Below the pieces are notes generated by a model. It was not told where the DNA came from, searched no databases, and saw nothing but the letters and a program-made list of their open reading frames with translations. A stretch of DNA of 64,000 nt from positions 2,048,001-2,112,000 of the forward strand of contig CAVYTA010000006.1 in NCBI GenBank assembly GCA_963771355.1, in the 5' to 3' direction. Positions 20,061-30,525 of this stretch are shown here, in pieces. Source of the DNA: an uncultured Candidatus Rokubacteria bacterium (GTDB lineage Bacteria; Methylomirabilota; Methylomirabilia; Rokubacteriales; CSP1-6). The position numbers and the translations under genes were made by a program. Each line of letters begins with the position of its first letter. Within the stretch, counting starts at the first letter, position 1.

Positions 20061-20582
20061 ATGCCCGTCCTGAACGTCCGGCGCTACGGCGACCCCATTC
20101 TCCGGCAGAAGGCCCAGCCGGTGGAGGCCGTGACGCCCGAGATCCGCAAGACCCTCGCCGACATGCTCGAGACCATGTACCACCAGGTCGGCATCGGCCT
20201 GGCGGCACCCCAGGTAGGAATCAGCCTCCGCATCATCTTGGTCGATGACGGCCCGCGCGGCCCGCGCGTGCTGATCAACCCCGTCATCGTCGAGCGCCGG
20301 GGCGTCGTGCGCGGTGAAGAGGGCTGCCTCTCGATACCCGGCTTCTTCGGCGAAGTCGAGCGAAGCGAGTGGGTGCGGGTCGAGGCGCTGGACGCCGAGG
20401 GCCTCTCGCTGGCCTTCGAGGCCAAAGGCCTGCAGGCGCGGGTGATCCAGCACGAGATGGACCATCTCGACGGCGTGCTCTTCATCGACCACCTGCCTCC
20501 GGTGACCCGGGACCGGATCAAGAAGAAGATCCAGAAGGACGGCCTGCCCGAGGACGCGCCGCACCACGCCTTCGCGCTGTAG
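20061..20582 (+). CDS. def: Peptide deformylase
   Basis: GIGLAAPQVG, EGCLS, QHEMDHLDG. Confidence 0.97.
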   Translation: MPVLNVRRYGDPILRQKAQPVEAVTPEIRKTLADMLETMYHQVGIGLAAPQVGISLRIILVDDGPRGPRVLINPVIVERRGVVRGEEGCLSIPGFFGEVERSEWVRVEALDAEGLSLAFEAKGLQARVIQHEMDHLDGVLFIDHLPPVTRDRIKKKIQKDGLPEDAPHHAFAL

Positions 20583-20592
20583 CGGGGGAGCG

Positions 20593-21525
20593 TTGCGGGT
20601 CCTCTTCTACGGGACGCCGGCCTTCGCCGTGCCGACCCTCGAGGCACTCCTCGGCGCCCATCACGTGGTCGGGGTCGTCACCCAGCCGGACCGGCCCGCC
20701 GGGCGGGGCCAGCGTGTCACCGCCTCGCCGGTGAAGGAGCGCGCGCTGGCGGCCGGGGTACCGGTCTTGCAGCCCCCGCGCCTGCGCGATGCGGGCTGGC
20801 CCGAGCGCCTCGCGGAGCTGGACGCCGAGATCGCGGTGGTGGTGGCCTTCGGGCAGATCCTGCCCAAGGCCGTGCTCGACGTCCCCACGCGCGGCTCCAT
20901 CAACATCCATGCCTCGCTGCTCCCGCGCTATCGCGGTGCCGCTCCCATCGCGTGGGCCATCATCCGCGGCGAGACGGAGACCGGTATCACCACGATTCAG
21001 ATGGACCCGGGCATGGACACCGGCGACATGCTCCTGCGCGAGGCCACTTCCATCGGCCCCGGAGAGACGGCCGGCGAGCTGACGGCGCGGCTGGCGCCCC
21101 TCGGCGCGGCGGTGATCCTTCGCACACTGGCGGACCTGGACGCGCTCACGCCGATGCCGCAGGACCATGGGCAGGCCACGCTGGCGCCGCGGCTCAAGAA
21201 GGAGGACGGCTGGCTACCGCTCTCGCAGCCGGCGAAGGCGCTCGTCGATCGCGTGCGCGGGTGCAACCCATGGCCGGGCGCCGCGCTCACCGCCGCCACG
21301 ACTCGCGTCCTCATCTGGCGCGCCGTGGTGGTGCCGCATCCCACGACGGCGGCGCCCGGCACGCTGGTGAGGACCGGACCCGGCGCCCTTGCGATCGCAA
21401 CCGGCGAGGGCTTGCTCCTGCCGATCGAGGTGCAGCCCGAGAACCGCAAGGCCGTGCCCTGGGAGGATTTCCTCCGCGGCGCCCGGCTCGGCCCGGGTGA
21501 CCGCCTCACCGAGATCGCTTCGTGA
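20593..21525 (+). CDS. fmt: Methionyl-tRNA formyltransferase
   Basis: GTPAFA, TQPDRPAGRG, HASLLPRYRGAAPI, MDTGD, NPWP. Confidence 0.97.
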   Translation: MRVLFYGTPAFAVPTLEALLGAHHVVGVVTQPDRPAGRGQRVTASPVKERALAAGVPVLQPPRLRDAGWPERLAELDAEIAVVVAFGQILPKAVLDVPTRGSINIHASLLPRYRGAAPIAWAIIRGETETGITTIQMDPGMDTGDMLLREATSIGPGETAGELTARLAPLGAAVILRTLADLDALTPMPQDHGQATLAPRLKKEDGWLPLSQPAKALVDRVRGCNPWPGAALTAATTRVLIWRAVVVPHPTTAAPGTLVRTGPGALAIATGEGLLLPIEVQPENRKAVPWEDFLRGARLGPGDRLTEIAS

Positions 21526-22880
21526 GCCCGGTGCTCCGCGCCGGGCCCGTCGCGCAGGCGCGCTACGAGGCCCTGCGCATCCTCGTGCGCGTGGAAACCG
21601 ACCGGGCCTTCGCCGACATCACCCTCGAGCACGCGCTCGACCGCGCGCAGCTGGAGGCGCGGGACGCGGCCCTCTGCACCGAGATCGTCTACGGGACACT
21701 CCGCTGGCAGCGGCACCTCGACTGGCGGCTCGCCGCCCATCTGCACCGCCCCATGGCGCGGCTCGATCCGTGGGTACGGGCCCTTGTGCGTCTCACCGCG
21801 TATCAGATCCTCTTCCTCGACCGCGTGCCCCGCTGGGCCGCGGTGGACGAGGCGGTGAGCCTGGCCAAGCTCAAGGCGCGCACGCCGGGCCCGGCGGAAT
21901 TCGTCAATGCCGTACTGCGGTCGCTGACCCGCGCGCCCGCGCCGCCGGCTTTCCCCGCCAATCCAGTCGAGGCGGCGGGGGTCCGGTGGTCGTTTCCAGA
22001 CTGGATCGCCGGGCGGTGGATAGCGCGATATGGCCGCGTCGAGGCGGAGGCGCTGATGGCGGCTCTCAACGAGCGGCCACCGCTCACCCTCCGCGCCAAC
22101 CGGCTCCGCATCACGCGCGAGGCGCTCGCGGCGCGGCTTCGTGAGGAGGACCTCGCCGACAGCCGGCCCACCGCGCTGGCCCCCGACGGGCTCGTGCTGG
22201 ACAAGGGAGCGGTGTCCCGACTGGCCGCGTTCACCGAGGGCTGGTGCACGGTACAGGACGAGGCCTCCATGCTGGTGGCCCTGCTCCTCGACCCGCAGCC
22301 GGGCGACGTGGTGGCGGACGCCTGCGCCGCGCCCGGCACCAAGACCACCCAGCTCGCCGAGCTCATGGGCAATCGCGGGCGCATCATCGCGCTCGACGCC
22401 TCGGCCGGGCGCCTCAAGCTGCTCGACCGCGCCGCGGCGCGTCTGGGTGTCACGATCGTGGAGAGCCATGCCGGCGGCGTCGCCGCGCTCGCGCCTCGCT
22501 GGAACGGGCGCTGTGACCGGGTGCTCGTGGACGCCCCCTGCTCCAACCTGGGCGTGCTTCGCCGGAATCCGGAGGTGAAGTGGCGGCGCACGGAGGAGGA
22601 CCTCCGCCGCCTGCAGCAGAAGCAGCGCACCATCCTGGCATCCGCCGCCGCGATGGCGAAGCCGGGCGGCGTGCTGGTCTACGCCACCTGCTCGCCCGAG
22701 CCCGAGGAAAACGAGGACGTGGTGATGCCGTTCCTCGCGGCGCATCCCGACTGGGCGATGGACCCGCCGGCCGAATTCCTGGTCCCGCCCGACGCCCACG
22801 GCATGGTCCGGCTCTTTCCGCACCGGCACGGCACCGACGCCTTCACCGCCGTGCGCCTGCGCCGACGGGGACGCGGATGA
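21522..22880 (+). CDS. rsmB: 16S rRNA m5C967 methyltransferase
   Basis: NusB-like N-terminus, QDEAS, DACAAPGTK, DAPCS, YATCS. Confidence 0.95.
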   Translation: MSPVLRAGPVAQARYEALRILVRVETDRAFADITLEHALDRAQLEARDAALCTEIVYGTLRWQRHLDWRLAAHLHRPMARLDPWVRALVRLTAYQILFLDRVPRWAAVDEAVSLAKLKARTPGPAEFVNAVLRSLTRAPAPPAFPANPVEAAGVRWSFPDWIAGRWIARYGRVEAEALMAALNERPPLTLRANRLRITREALAARLREEDLADSRPTALAPDGLVLDKGAVSRLAAFTEGWCTVQDEASMLVALLLDPQPGDVVADACAAPGTKTTQLAELMGNRGRIIALDASAGRLKLLDRAAARLGVTIVESHAGGVAALAPRWNGRCDRVLVDAPCSNLGVLRRNPEVKWRRTEEDLRRLQQKQRTILASAAAMAKPGGVLVYATCSPEPEENEDVVMPFLAAHPDWAMDPPAEFLVPPDAHGMVRLFPHRHGTDAFTAVRLRRRGRG

Positions 22881-24025
22881 GCGAGGCGTCGCGCGTGCGC
22901 CCGCGCTGGCTCGGTCCCCTGGGCTGGATCACCGGCGTCACCTCGGTGATCCTCGGCGCGGCCGGCGTCGGCGCCGTGCTCTGCCTCTGGTACCCGGCGC
23001 TGCTGACCACACCCGCCCTGCGTGACGTCTACGACATGCGGCTGATCCGCGGCCTGATCAAGGCTGGGCTCATCGCCGGCTTCGCGCTCGGCGCGGCCAG
23101 CCTGCTCCTGAAGCGCCGGAAGGCCCTCGGCCTCACCGGAGTTGGCCTCGCGGCGCTGGCCACCCTCATGGGCGGATCCACGGTCGAGGTGGCGACCCCG
23201 GTGCGGCCGTCGGACTATCTCGGGCTGGACTGGTTCCTCATCAATCTCCTCATCCTCGCCACGGTCTTCGTCCCCCTCGAGTCGGTGTTCGCGCGGCTGC
23301 CCGCGCAGCGCGTCTTCCGGCGCGGCTGGACCACCGACCTCGCGCACTTCGCGGTGAGCCATCTCCTGGTGCAGGCCGGCGTGCTGCTCACCCTCGCCCC
23401 CGCGGCCGTGTTCTTCCGCTGGGCGGTGAGCCCCGCGCTCCAGGGCGCAGTGGCCGCCCAGCCGATCGTGCTCCAGTTCGTGGAGATCCTCGCCATCGCC
23501 GATCTCACGCAATACGGGGTGCATCGGCTCTTCCACCGGGTGCCCTGGCTCTGGCGCTTCCATCAGATACATCACTCGAGCCGCGACATGGACTGGCTCG
23601 CCGCCTCGCGCCTGCATCTGGTGGACATCGCCGTCACCCGGGCGGTGGGCTTCGTGCCGGTGTACGTCCTGGGCTTCGCGTCGGGTCCGACCTACGCCTA
23701 CCTCGTCTTCGTCTCGTTCCAGGCCATCCTCATCCACGCCAACGTGTCCTTTGCCTTCGGACCGTTGCGCTGGCTACTCGCGACGCCCCAGTTCCATCAC
23801 TGGCATCACGCGGCGGAGTCGGAGGCGGTCGACAAGAACTTTGCGGTGCACCTGCCCGTGATCGACTGGGTGTTCGGCACATTCTTCCTGCCGGGCCGGC
23901 GCTGGCCCTCCCGCTACGGGCTCGACGGCGATCCCGTGCCCGAGGGCTACGGGCGCCAGCTGGTTTATCCGTTCCTCCGCGGGGGCGGGCCGTTCCTTCG
24001 CGGGGGCGGGCCGGCGGGGGACTAA
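22877..24025 (+). CDS. Sterol desaturase / fatty acid hydroxylase family membrane di-iron enzyme
   Basis: His boxes HRLFH, HQIHH, HAN, HHWHH; ATGA overlap with rsmB. Confidence 0.9.
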   Translation: MSEASRVRPRWLGPLGWITGVTSVILGAAGVGAVLCLWYPALLTTPALRDVYDMRLIRGLIKAGLIAGFALGAASLLLKRRKALGLTGVGLAALATLMGGSTVEVATPVRPSDYLGLDWFLINLLILATVFVPLESVFARLPAQRVFRRGWTTDLAHFAVSHLLVQAGVLLTLAPAAVFFRWAVSPALQGAVAAQPIVLQFVEILAIADLTQYGVHRLFHRVPWLWRFHQIHHSSRDMDWLAASRLHLVDIAVTRAVGFVPVYVLGFASGPTYAYLVFVSFQAILIHANVSFAFGPLRWLLATPQFHHWHHAAESEAVDKNFAVHLPVIDWVFGTFFLPGRRWPSRYGLDGDPVPEGYGRQLVYPFLRGGGPFLRGGGPAGD

Positions 24026-24753
24026 GGGCCGCGCCGGCGCGGCGCGGTGACCGACATCGGGAGCCCAAGGGCGGAGAGCGCACGCTCGGCAGCCGGGAAG
24101 AAGCCGACCCGGTCGAGGAAGGGATTCAGCCAGCCGGTGGCCACGCAATAAGCGTCCGCCTGCGTTCGATGATGCCGGGCATGATGCGCCGGACGGAGGA
24201 CCAGTCCGGCTCGCTGAAGCCGCCCCACCGCTCGCGGCGCCACCGGCAGATGCGCCCACTTGTGGAACTGATTGGTAACCACCGCCCCCACCGCGAAAGT
24301 CAGAAGCGCGGAATGCGCCACGACTGAGAGCGGCGCTGCCGTGGCCGGTGGCGCGAGGAGAGCGACGACGGCGAGCAGCGGCGCGATGGCGAGACAGCTA
24401 TTACCCGCGATCTCCGCCAGCCCGTGGTGCGTCATCGCAAGCGGATCGCGGTGGTGCTCGCGGAAGGGCTCGATGAGCATCCTCCCGACCAGCGGCGTGT
24501 CCTCCTCGAAGAAGGTGTCGCAGAACCAGTGAACGATGCCGGAAAAGAAGTCGGACGCGAGATAGCCGAGCGCCACCCCCATCGCAACCCACCCGGCCCG
24601 GGACGAGATCGTCTCCACGGCGGCGAGACGGACGGCGAGGACGAGCCAGAGCACGGATGCTGTCGCCAGGGCCGCCCACTCGACAAGGGCGAGCCAGTTG
24701 GGCCGCGGGCCCGTGACAGGCGCCGCGCCGGAATCGCCAGTGGTCTCGAGCAT
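24022..24753 (-). CDS. carF: CarF/TMEM189 (FAD4-related) lipid desaturase, putative plasmanylethanolamine desaturase
   Basis: SGIVHWFCDT, PFREHHRDP..THH, NQFHKWAH, HHARHH, YC..TGWLN. Confidence 0.85.
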   Translation of the reverse strand: MLETTGDSGAAPVTGPRPNWLALVEWAALATASVLWLVLAVRLAAVETISSRAGWVAMGVALGYLASDFFSGIVHWFCDTFFEEDTPLVGRMLIEPFREHHRDPLAMTHHGLAEIAGNSCLAIAPLLAVVALLAPPATAAPLSVVAHSALLTFAVGAVVTNQFHKWAHLPVAPRAVGRLQRAGLVLRPAHHARHHRTQADAYCVATGWLNPFLDRVGFFPAAERALSALGLPMSVTAPRRRGP

Positions 24754-24968
24754 CGGGCAGATTCTACCCGGTCACGGCGTCTTGGGGACAGGTCTCTTCA
24801 GGGCTACGCCCCACGCACCGAAAGGCGCCCTCTCCTTGGATGTGGCCGACATCGGCCGGTTTTCCTCGTCGGATCCCGCCCGCTCGCATTGGCATCGCCC
24901 ATGCTCTCCCTGTAGCAGGGAGCGCCGCACGCGCCCTGAATCCCATTCCACATTGCGAGGAGCGAGTG

Positions 24969-25112
24969 ATGAAGGTCGCGAGAGCTCGACGAGTGCTGGT
25001 GGCTGCTCTGGCTTTTCCAATTGCCCTGTCCCTCGGCGGATGTACTTACTGGGTCTGGATTCCCACCGGGACGACCCCGCCGGCGCCGCCCGCGCCACCG
25101 CGAGTTCCCTGA
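24969..25112 (+). CDS. Putative small lipoprotein (47 aa)
   Basis: GAGGAG RBS, basic N-terminus, hydrophobic core, lipobox LGG-C, Pro-rich tail. Confidence 0.5.
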   Translation: MKVARARRVLVAALAFPIALSLGGCTYWVWIPTGTTPPAPPAPPRVP

Positions 25113-25153
25113 TCGCCGGAGGGGCCCACCTCATCCGGGCGGCCGCTCTGCTG

Positions 25154-26407
25154 ATGGCCGGGCTGGCGCTTGCCGCGTCGATGCCCGACCTGGCCACCGC
25201 GGAGCCGGTCGCGGTGCGCTTCCTCGAGGGCGTCACCCGCGGCTTTCTCGTCGTGAGCGCGGTGGACGGCAAGCCCGTGGGCCAGGGCGACATCCGGCAG
25301 GTCGCACATCCCGGCCGTGTCGAGAGCCGGATGATCCTCCGCTTTCGCGATGGCTCCCTCCACGACGAGACGGTCACCTATACGCAGGACAAGGTCTTCA
25401 AGCTGGGGCGCTTCCGGCTGATCCAGAAAGGCCCCTCCTTCCCGGAGCCCGTCGAGATCACCCTGGAGGCGGGATCCGGGGAATATCTCGTCAAGTCCCA
25501 TCCCGGAGCCGACCGCGAGAAGACCTACCGCGGAACGCTCGAGGTGCCCCCCGACACCTATAATGGCCTGCTCCTCGTCGTGCTCAAGAACCTGCCGGCC
25601 GGCGGCTCGACACGGGTGCACTACGTCGCCTTCACGCCCAAGCCCTATCTCATCGGCCTCGACCTGCTCCCCCAGGGCCAGGAAAAGGTCCGGGTGGGAG
25701 CCGAGTCGCGACCGGCGACGCGGTACGAGCTCAAGCCGGACCTGGGGGTCCTGCTTCGGATCGGCGCCGCCGTACTCGGCAAGACCCCGGCACCGCAGCA
25801 GTGCTGGATCCTGGCGGATCCGGTGCCCGCCTTCGTGGGCTGCGAGGCGCCCCTGGCCACGAGCGGGCCACCCTGGCGCATCGGCCTCACGAGCCCGGCG
25901 CCGACGCCCAATGGCGGCCAAGCCATGAGCCCGGCTCCGCGCTCGCGCATTCGCGAGCGCATTGCCCTCGCCTTCACGTACGTCGAGGACGCGGTGTACC
26001 TCGCGCTCGCCCTGCTGCTGGCGGCCGGAGCCATCGGGCTCGTGGCTCACACCGGCTTGGTCTTCGCGCGCATGCTCGCCGAGGGCACCCTGGCGGTGGG
26101 CGCGGTGGCCGTGCTCGACCGGGTGCTCCTCGTCCTGATGGTGGTGGAGCTGCTCTACACCGTGCAGGTCTCGTTCCGCGAGCACAAGATCGCGGCCGAG
26201 CCCTTTCTCCTCGTGGCCATGATCGCCAGCGTCCGGCGCATCATCGTGCTCAACGCCGAGATGGCCGAGACGGCGAAGCGGGGCGGTGAGGCGTTCCGGG
26301 CCGCCATGATCGAAACCGGCCTGCTGACCTTCGTGGTCCTCGCCATGGTGGGCGCGCTCGTCGTCCTCCGGAGGCAGGCGCCCATCAGGGCCGAACGCGC
26401 GGTCTGA
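25154..26407 (+). CDS. Secreted hypothetical domain in frame with a C-terminal PsiE-family membrane domain (from ATG 25925)
   Basis: Signal-like N-terminus ending ATA-EP; C-part LDRVLLVLMVVELLYTV, EPFL..ASVRRI typical of PsiE-like proteins. Confidence 0.65.
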   Translation: MAGLALAASMPDLATAEPVAVRFLEGVTRGFLVVSAVDGKPVGQGDIRQVAHPGRVESRMILRFRDGSLHDETVTYTQDKVFKLGRFRLIQKGPSFPEPVEITLEAGSGEYLVKSHPGADREKTYRGTLEVPPDTYNGLLLVVLKNLPAGGSTRVHYVAFTPKPYLIGLDLLPQGQEKVRVGAESRPATRYELKPDLGVLLRIGAAVLGKTPAPQQCWILADPVPAFVGCEAPLATSGPPWRIGLTSPAPTPNGGQAMSPAPRSRIRERIALAFTYVEDAVYLALALLLAAGAIGLVAHTGLVFARMLAEGTLAVGAVAVLDRVLLVLMVVELLYTVQVSFREHKIAAEPFLLVAMIASVRRIIVLNAEMAETAKRGGEAFRAAMIETGLLTFVVLAMVGALVVLRRQAPIRAERAV

Positions 26408-26453
26408 GCCCGCGCATTTGCGCGGCGCCCGGGGCGTCGCGTATGGTGAGGGC

Positions 26454-27110
26454 GTGGCCCGCATCGCGCCGAGCATCCTGTCCGCCGATTTCGCCGCGCT
26501 GGGGGACGCCATCGCGCGGGTGGAAGCGGGCGGCGCGGATCTGCTCCACGTGGACGTGATGGACGGCCACTTCGTTCCCAACCTCACCCTCGGCCCGCCC
26601 GTCATCGAGGCGATCCGGAAGCGCGCCCGGATCCCGCTCGACGTCCATCTCATGATCGAGGAGCCGGAGCGCTGGGTGGACACCTATGTCCGCGCCGGCG
26701 CGGACTGGGTCACCGTGCACGTCGAGGCCTGCACCCATCTCCAGCGCGCCCTGTCCCAGATCCGGGAAGCGGGAGCGAAAGCCGGCGTGGCGCTCAATCC
26801 GGGCACCTCCCCCGACTCCCTCCGGTACGTGCTCGACGACCTGGACCTGGTCCTGGTCATGTCGGTGAACCCCGGATTCGGCGGCCAGTCCTTCATCCCG
26901 AGCGCATATCAAAAGATACGTGATATCAGGAGCTTGATCGTCTCCAGGGCGGTCGAGGTCTCGGTGGACGGGGGCGTCAAGCGGGACAATGCGGGAGCCC
27001 TCGTCCGGGCGGGGGCCTCGGTGCTGGTGGCGGGCTCGGCCGTGTTCGGGAGCCCGGACGCCGCGCAGGCGGTGAGGGACCTCCGGAGTGCGTCGGAAGT
27101 AGCGAAATAG
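26454..27110 (+). CDS. rpe: Ribulose-phosphate 3-epimerase
   Basis: IAPSILSADF, HVDVMDGHFVPN, DVHLM, MSVNPGFGGQ, VDGG. Confidence 0.97.
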   Translation: MARIAPSILSADFAALGDAIARVEAGGADLLHVDVMDGHFVPNLTLGPPVIEAIRKRARIPLDVHLMIEEPERWVDTYVRAGADWVTVHVEACTHLQRALSQIREAGAKAGVALNPGTSPDSLRYVLDDLDLVLVMSVNPGFGGQSFIPSAYQKIRDIRSLIVSRAVEVSVDGGVKRDNAGALVRAGASVLVAGSAVFGSPDAAQAVRDLRSASEVAK

Positions 27111-27112
27111 GC

Positions 27113-27141
27113 TTGACTTTTCGCTTTCCCGCCCTTAGTCT
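27113..27141 (+). promoter_or_regulatory. Putative sigma70 promoter of the ffh-rpsP operon
   Basis: TTGACT-N17-TAGTCT. Confidence 0.5.
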
Positions 27142-27175
27142 TTAATCTTTCCAGAAGCATGCTTCTGGGGCAGCC

Positions 27176-28516
27176 ATGTTCGACAACCTCACGACGCGTC
27201 TCAATGGAATCTTCGACCGGCTCCGCGGATTCGGCCGGCTGACGGAGGAGAACGTCCAGGAGGCGCTCCGCGAAGTGCGGATCGCCCTCCTCGAAGCCGA
27301 CGTCAACTTCAAGGTCGTCAAGAGCTTCATCGAGCGCGTCCGCGAGAAGGCCATCGGGCAGGACGTGCTCAGGTCGCTGACGCCGGGGCAGCACGTGGTC
27401 AAGGTGGTCCACGACGAGCTGGTCACGCTGCTGGGCGGCTCGGCGCATCGCCTGGCCATGGCGGCGCATCCCCCCACCGTCATCATGCTGGTCGGGCTCC
27501 AGGGCTCAGGCAAGACCACCACCGCCGCCAAGCTCGCGCGCCTGTTCCAGAAGCAGGGCCTGCACCCGATCCTGGCCTCCGCCGACGTGTACCGGCCGGC
27601 TGCCATCGACCAGCTCAAGACGCTCGGCGCCTCCCTCGGCATTCCGGTGCTGGGCGACCCGGGCGCGACGCCGCTCGCCATCTGCGCCGCCGCGCGCGAC
27701 GAGGCGGCGCAGCGCGGGCTCTCCCCGCTCATCCTGGACACCGCAGGGCGCCTGCACATCGATGAGGAGATGCTCGGCGAGCTCAAGGCGATCAAGCGTG
27801 AGGTGACGCCCCATCACGTGCTGCTGGTCGTGGACGCCATGACCGGACAGGACGCGGTCACGGTGGCCGACAAGTTCAATGCCGCGGTGGGGGTCGACGC
27901 GTTCGTCCTCACCAAGATGGACGGCGACGCACGCGGCGGCGCGGCGCTGTCCGTCCGCGAGGTCACCGGCCGGCCCATCGCCTTCGTGGGGCTCGGCGAG
28001 AAGACGGACGCGCTGGAGCCCTTCCACCCCGACCGGCTGGCCGCGCGCATCCTCGGGATGGGCGACGTGCTGTCCCTGGTCGAGAAGGCGCAGGAGGTGG
28101 TGGACCAGTCGCAGGCGGAGGAGCTGGCGCGGAAGATCCGCGAGGAAACCTTCTCGCTGGAGGACTTCGCCAAGCAGCTCAAGCAGCTGCGCTCCATGGG
28201 CCCGCTGGATCAGATCATGGAGATGGTGCCCGGCCTCCGAGGTGCCGGCATGCCGAAGGAGCTCAAGGGCGAGGAGGGCGAGCTCCAACGCTACGAGGCC
28301 ATCATCGCCTCGATGACGCCGGCGGAGCGCGAGACGCCGGCGCTCATCAACGGGAGCCGGCGGCTCCGCATCGCGCGGGGCAGCGGCACCCAGGTCGCCG
28401 ACGTCAACCGGCTCCTCAAGCAACATGCGCAGCTCAAGAAGATGATGAAGGGCCTCAAGCAGATGGAGGGGCGGATGGGCAAGCTCAAGGGCGCGCTCCC
28501 GTTCCTCAATCGATAA
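27176..28516 (+). CDS. ffh: Signal recognition particle protein
   Basis: [42 protein letters not shown]. Confidence 0.98.
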   Translation: MFDNLTTRLNGIFDRLRGFGRLTEENVQEALREVRIALLEADVNFKVVKSFIERVREKAIGQDVLRSLTPGQHVVKVVHDELVTLLGGSAHRLAMAAHPPTVIMLVGLQGSGKTTTAAKLARLFQKQGLHPILASADVYRPAAIDQLKTLGASLGIPVLGDPGATPLAICAAARDEAAQRGLSPLILDTAGRLHIDEEMLGELKAIKREVTPHHVLLVVDAMTGQDAVTVADKFNAAVGVDAFVLTKMDGDARGGAALSVREVTGRPIAFVGLGEKTDALEPFHPDRLAARILGMGDVLSLVEKAQEVVDQSQAEELARKIREETFSLEDFAKQLKQLRSMGPLDQIMEMVPGLRGAGMPKELKGEEGELQRYEAIIASMTPAERETPALINGSRRLRIARGSGTQVADVNRLLKQHAQLKKMMKGLKQMEGRMGKLKGALPFLNR

Positions 28517-28539
28517 CCCCCAGCAACCGAGGTGATCAC

Positions 28540-28788
28540 GTGGCGGTACACATTCGACTGAGACGGACGGGCACGACCAGGAAGCCGGCCTATCGCGTGG
28601 TGGTGGCGGACTCCCGCGCCGCGCGCGACGGGCGGTTCATCGAGATCATCGGCCATTACAATCCGCTGTCCGACCCGCCGCTGCTCAAGATCGAGACGGA
28701 GAAGGCCACCGCGTGGATCAAGAAGGGGGCGCAGCCGTCGAACACGGTGAAGCACCTCCTCAAGCGCGCCGGGGTCGGCAAGGTCTGA
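28540..28788 (+). CDS. rpsP: 30S ribosomal protein S16
   Basis: [32 protein letters not shown]. Confidence 0.97.
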   Translation: MAVHIRLRRTGTTRKPAYRVVVADSRAARDGRFIEIIGHYNPLSDPPLLKIETEKATAWIKKGAQPSNTVKHLLKRAGVGKV

Positions 28789-28789
28789 C

Positions 28790-29323
28790 GTGACGGACGC
28801 CTCCGGGGCGCCGCTCATCGCGGTGGGCGAGGTGCTCGGGCCCCACGGGGTCCACGGAGACGTGCGCGTGCGCCCGCTCACCGACCGGCCGCGGGAGCGG
28901 TTCCACGGCCTGGAAGCGTGCTTTCTCTGGGAGCCCGCGCGCAATCGCCAGGAGCCGTGCCGCATCGTCTCCCGGCGCTTCGAGGCGTCGAGCGTGCTGG
29001 TCCGGCTGGACGGAGTGGACTCACCCGAAGCGGCCCGCGCGCTGTCGGGCCGGCTGCTCGCGGTGGAGCGCGAGCGGGCGCTGCCGCCCCGCCCGGGCGA
29101 GTTCTATCCGTGGCAGCTCGAGGGGGCCACGGTGGAGACACCGGACGGCCGGCCCCTGGGCCGGTTCCTCCGGGTGATGGACTCGCCCGCCCAGCCGCTC
29201 TGGGTGATCGAGCGGGACGGGCGCGAGTGGCTCCTGCCGGCGGTGCCGGAGTTCGTGGTGGAAGTGAGCGTGGCGGAGCGCCGCATCGTGGCGAGCCCGC
29301 CGGAGGGGCTGGAGGCATTGTGA
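28790..29323 (+). CDS. rimM: Ribosome maturation factor RimM
   Basis: VG....PHGVHG, LTD, EFY...LEG, LPAV, PPEGL; synteny. Confidence 0.93.
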   Translation: MTDASGAPLIAVGEVLGPHGVHGDVRVRPLTDRPRERFHGLEACFLWEPARNRQEPCRIVSRRFEASSVLVRLDGVDSPEAARALSGRLLAVERERALPPRPGEFYPWQLEGATVETPDGRPLGRFLRVMDSPAQPLWVIERDGREWLLPAVPEFVVEVSVAERRIVASPPEGLEAL

Positions 29324-30063
29324 GGATCGACATCGTGACCCTGTTCCCGGGGATGCTCGCGGGCGCGCTCGGCGAGTCGATCCTCGGCCGCGCGCGGGAG
29401 CGCGGGCTGGTGGACATCCGGGTCTACAACCTCCGCGACCACGCGACGGGCCGGCACCTGGTCACGGACGACGCCCCGTTCGGGGGCGGCGGCGGGATGA
29501 TCCTCAAGCCCGAGCCGCTGGCCGCCTGCCTCGGCTTGCTGCGTACCCCGGCGGCGCGGGTGGTACTGCTCGACCCGGCCGGCCGTCGCTTCAGCCAGGC
29601 GGTGGCGCGGGAGTACGCGCGCGTGACGCACCTGGTGCTCGTGTGCGGTCGCTACGAGGGCGTGGACGAGCGGGTGCGCGAGCATCTGGTCGACGAGGAG
29701 CTGTCCATCGGCGACTACGTGCTCACCGGCGGCGAGCCGGCGGCCCTGGTGGTGGCCGACGCGGTGACCCGCCTGCTCCCCGGCGTGCTGGGAGATGCCG
29801 AAGCACCGGCCCACGACTCCTTCGCGCGCGGACTGCTCGAGCACCCACAGTACACGCGCCCGGAGGACTTCGGCGGCTGGCGCGTGCCCCCGCTTCTGCT
29901 GGGCGGCGACCACGCCCGGGTGGAGCGCTGGCGGCGCGTGATGTCGGTGTGGCGGACGTGGCAGCGCCGTCCGGACCTTCTCGAGACCGCGGACCTCGCG
30001 CCCGAGGAGCAGAAGTGGGTGGACGGATTCGGCCAGGGGCGCGAGCCCTCGGATTACATCTAG
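29320..30063 (+). CDS. trmD: tRNA (guanine-N1)-methyltransferase
   Basis: [42 protein letters not shown]. Confidence 0.97.
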   Translation: MRIDIVTLFPGMLAGALGESILGRARERGLVDIRVYNLRDHATGRHLVTDDAPFGGGGGMILKPEPLAACLGLLRTPAARVVLLDPAGRRFSQAVAREYARVTHLVLVCGRYEGVDERVREHLVDEELSIGDYVLTGGEPAALVVADAVTRLLPGVLGDAEAPAHDSFARGLLEHPQYTRPEDFGGWRVPPLLLGGDHARVERWRRVMSVWRTWQRRPDLLETADLAPEEQKWVDGFGQGREPSDYI

Positions 30064-30082
30064 CGAAGGAGCGGAAGAGGCC

Positions 30083-30457
30083 ATGGAAGCGATTCGACTC
30101 GTGGACGCGGGGCAGCTCAAGAAAGACCGGGGGGGCTTTGCCCCGGGCGACACCGTGCGGGTGCAGGTCAAGGTCGTGGAGGGCGAGAAGGAGCGGCTGC
30201 AGGCCTTCGAGGGCGTCGTCATCCGGAAGCGGGGAGGCGGGGCGAGCGCGTCCTTCACCGTGCGCCGCATCTCCTACGGGGTAGGTGTCGAGCGCACCTT
30301 CCCCCTGCACTCGCCGCGCATCGACAAGATCCAGGTGACGAAGCGGGCGGTGGTGCGCCGCTCCAAGCTCTACTACCTGCGCGACCTCGCGGGCAAGGCG
30401 GCGCGGCTGAAGGAGAAGCGGCTGGCGCAGATTCCCAGCTCGGGCGAGCAGGCGTAG
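30083..30457 (+). CDS. rplS: 50S ribosomal protein L19
   Basis: [38 protein letters not shown]. Confidence 0.98.
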   Translation: MEAIRLVDAGQLKKDRGGFAPGDTVRVQVKVVEGEKERLQAFEGVVIRKRGGGASASFTVRRISYGVGVERTFPLHSPRIDKIQVTKRAVVRRSKLYYLRDLAGKAARLKEKRLAQIPSSGEQA

Positions 30458-30525
30458 GACGGGATCCGGCCACGGTCGCGCCGTACCGGTTCGAGGGGGC
30501 CGCCTGGCGACGCGGCGTCGTCCGG

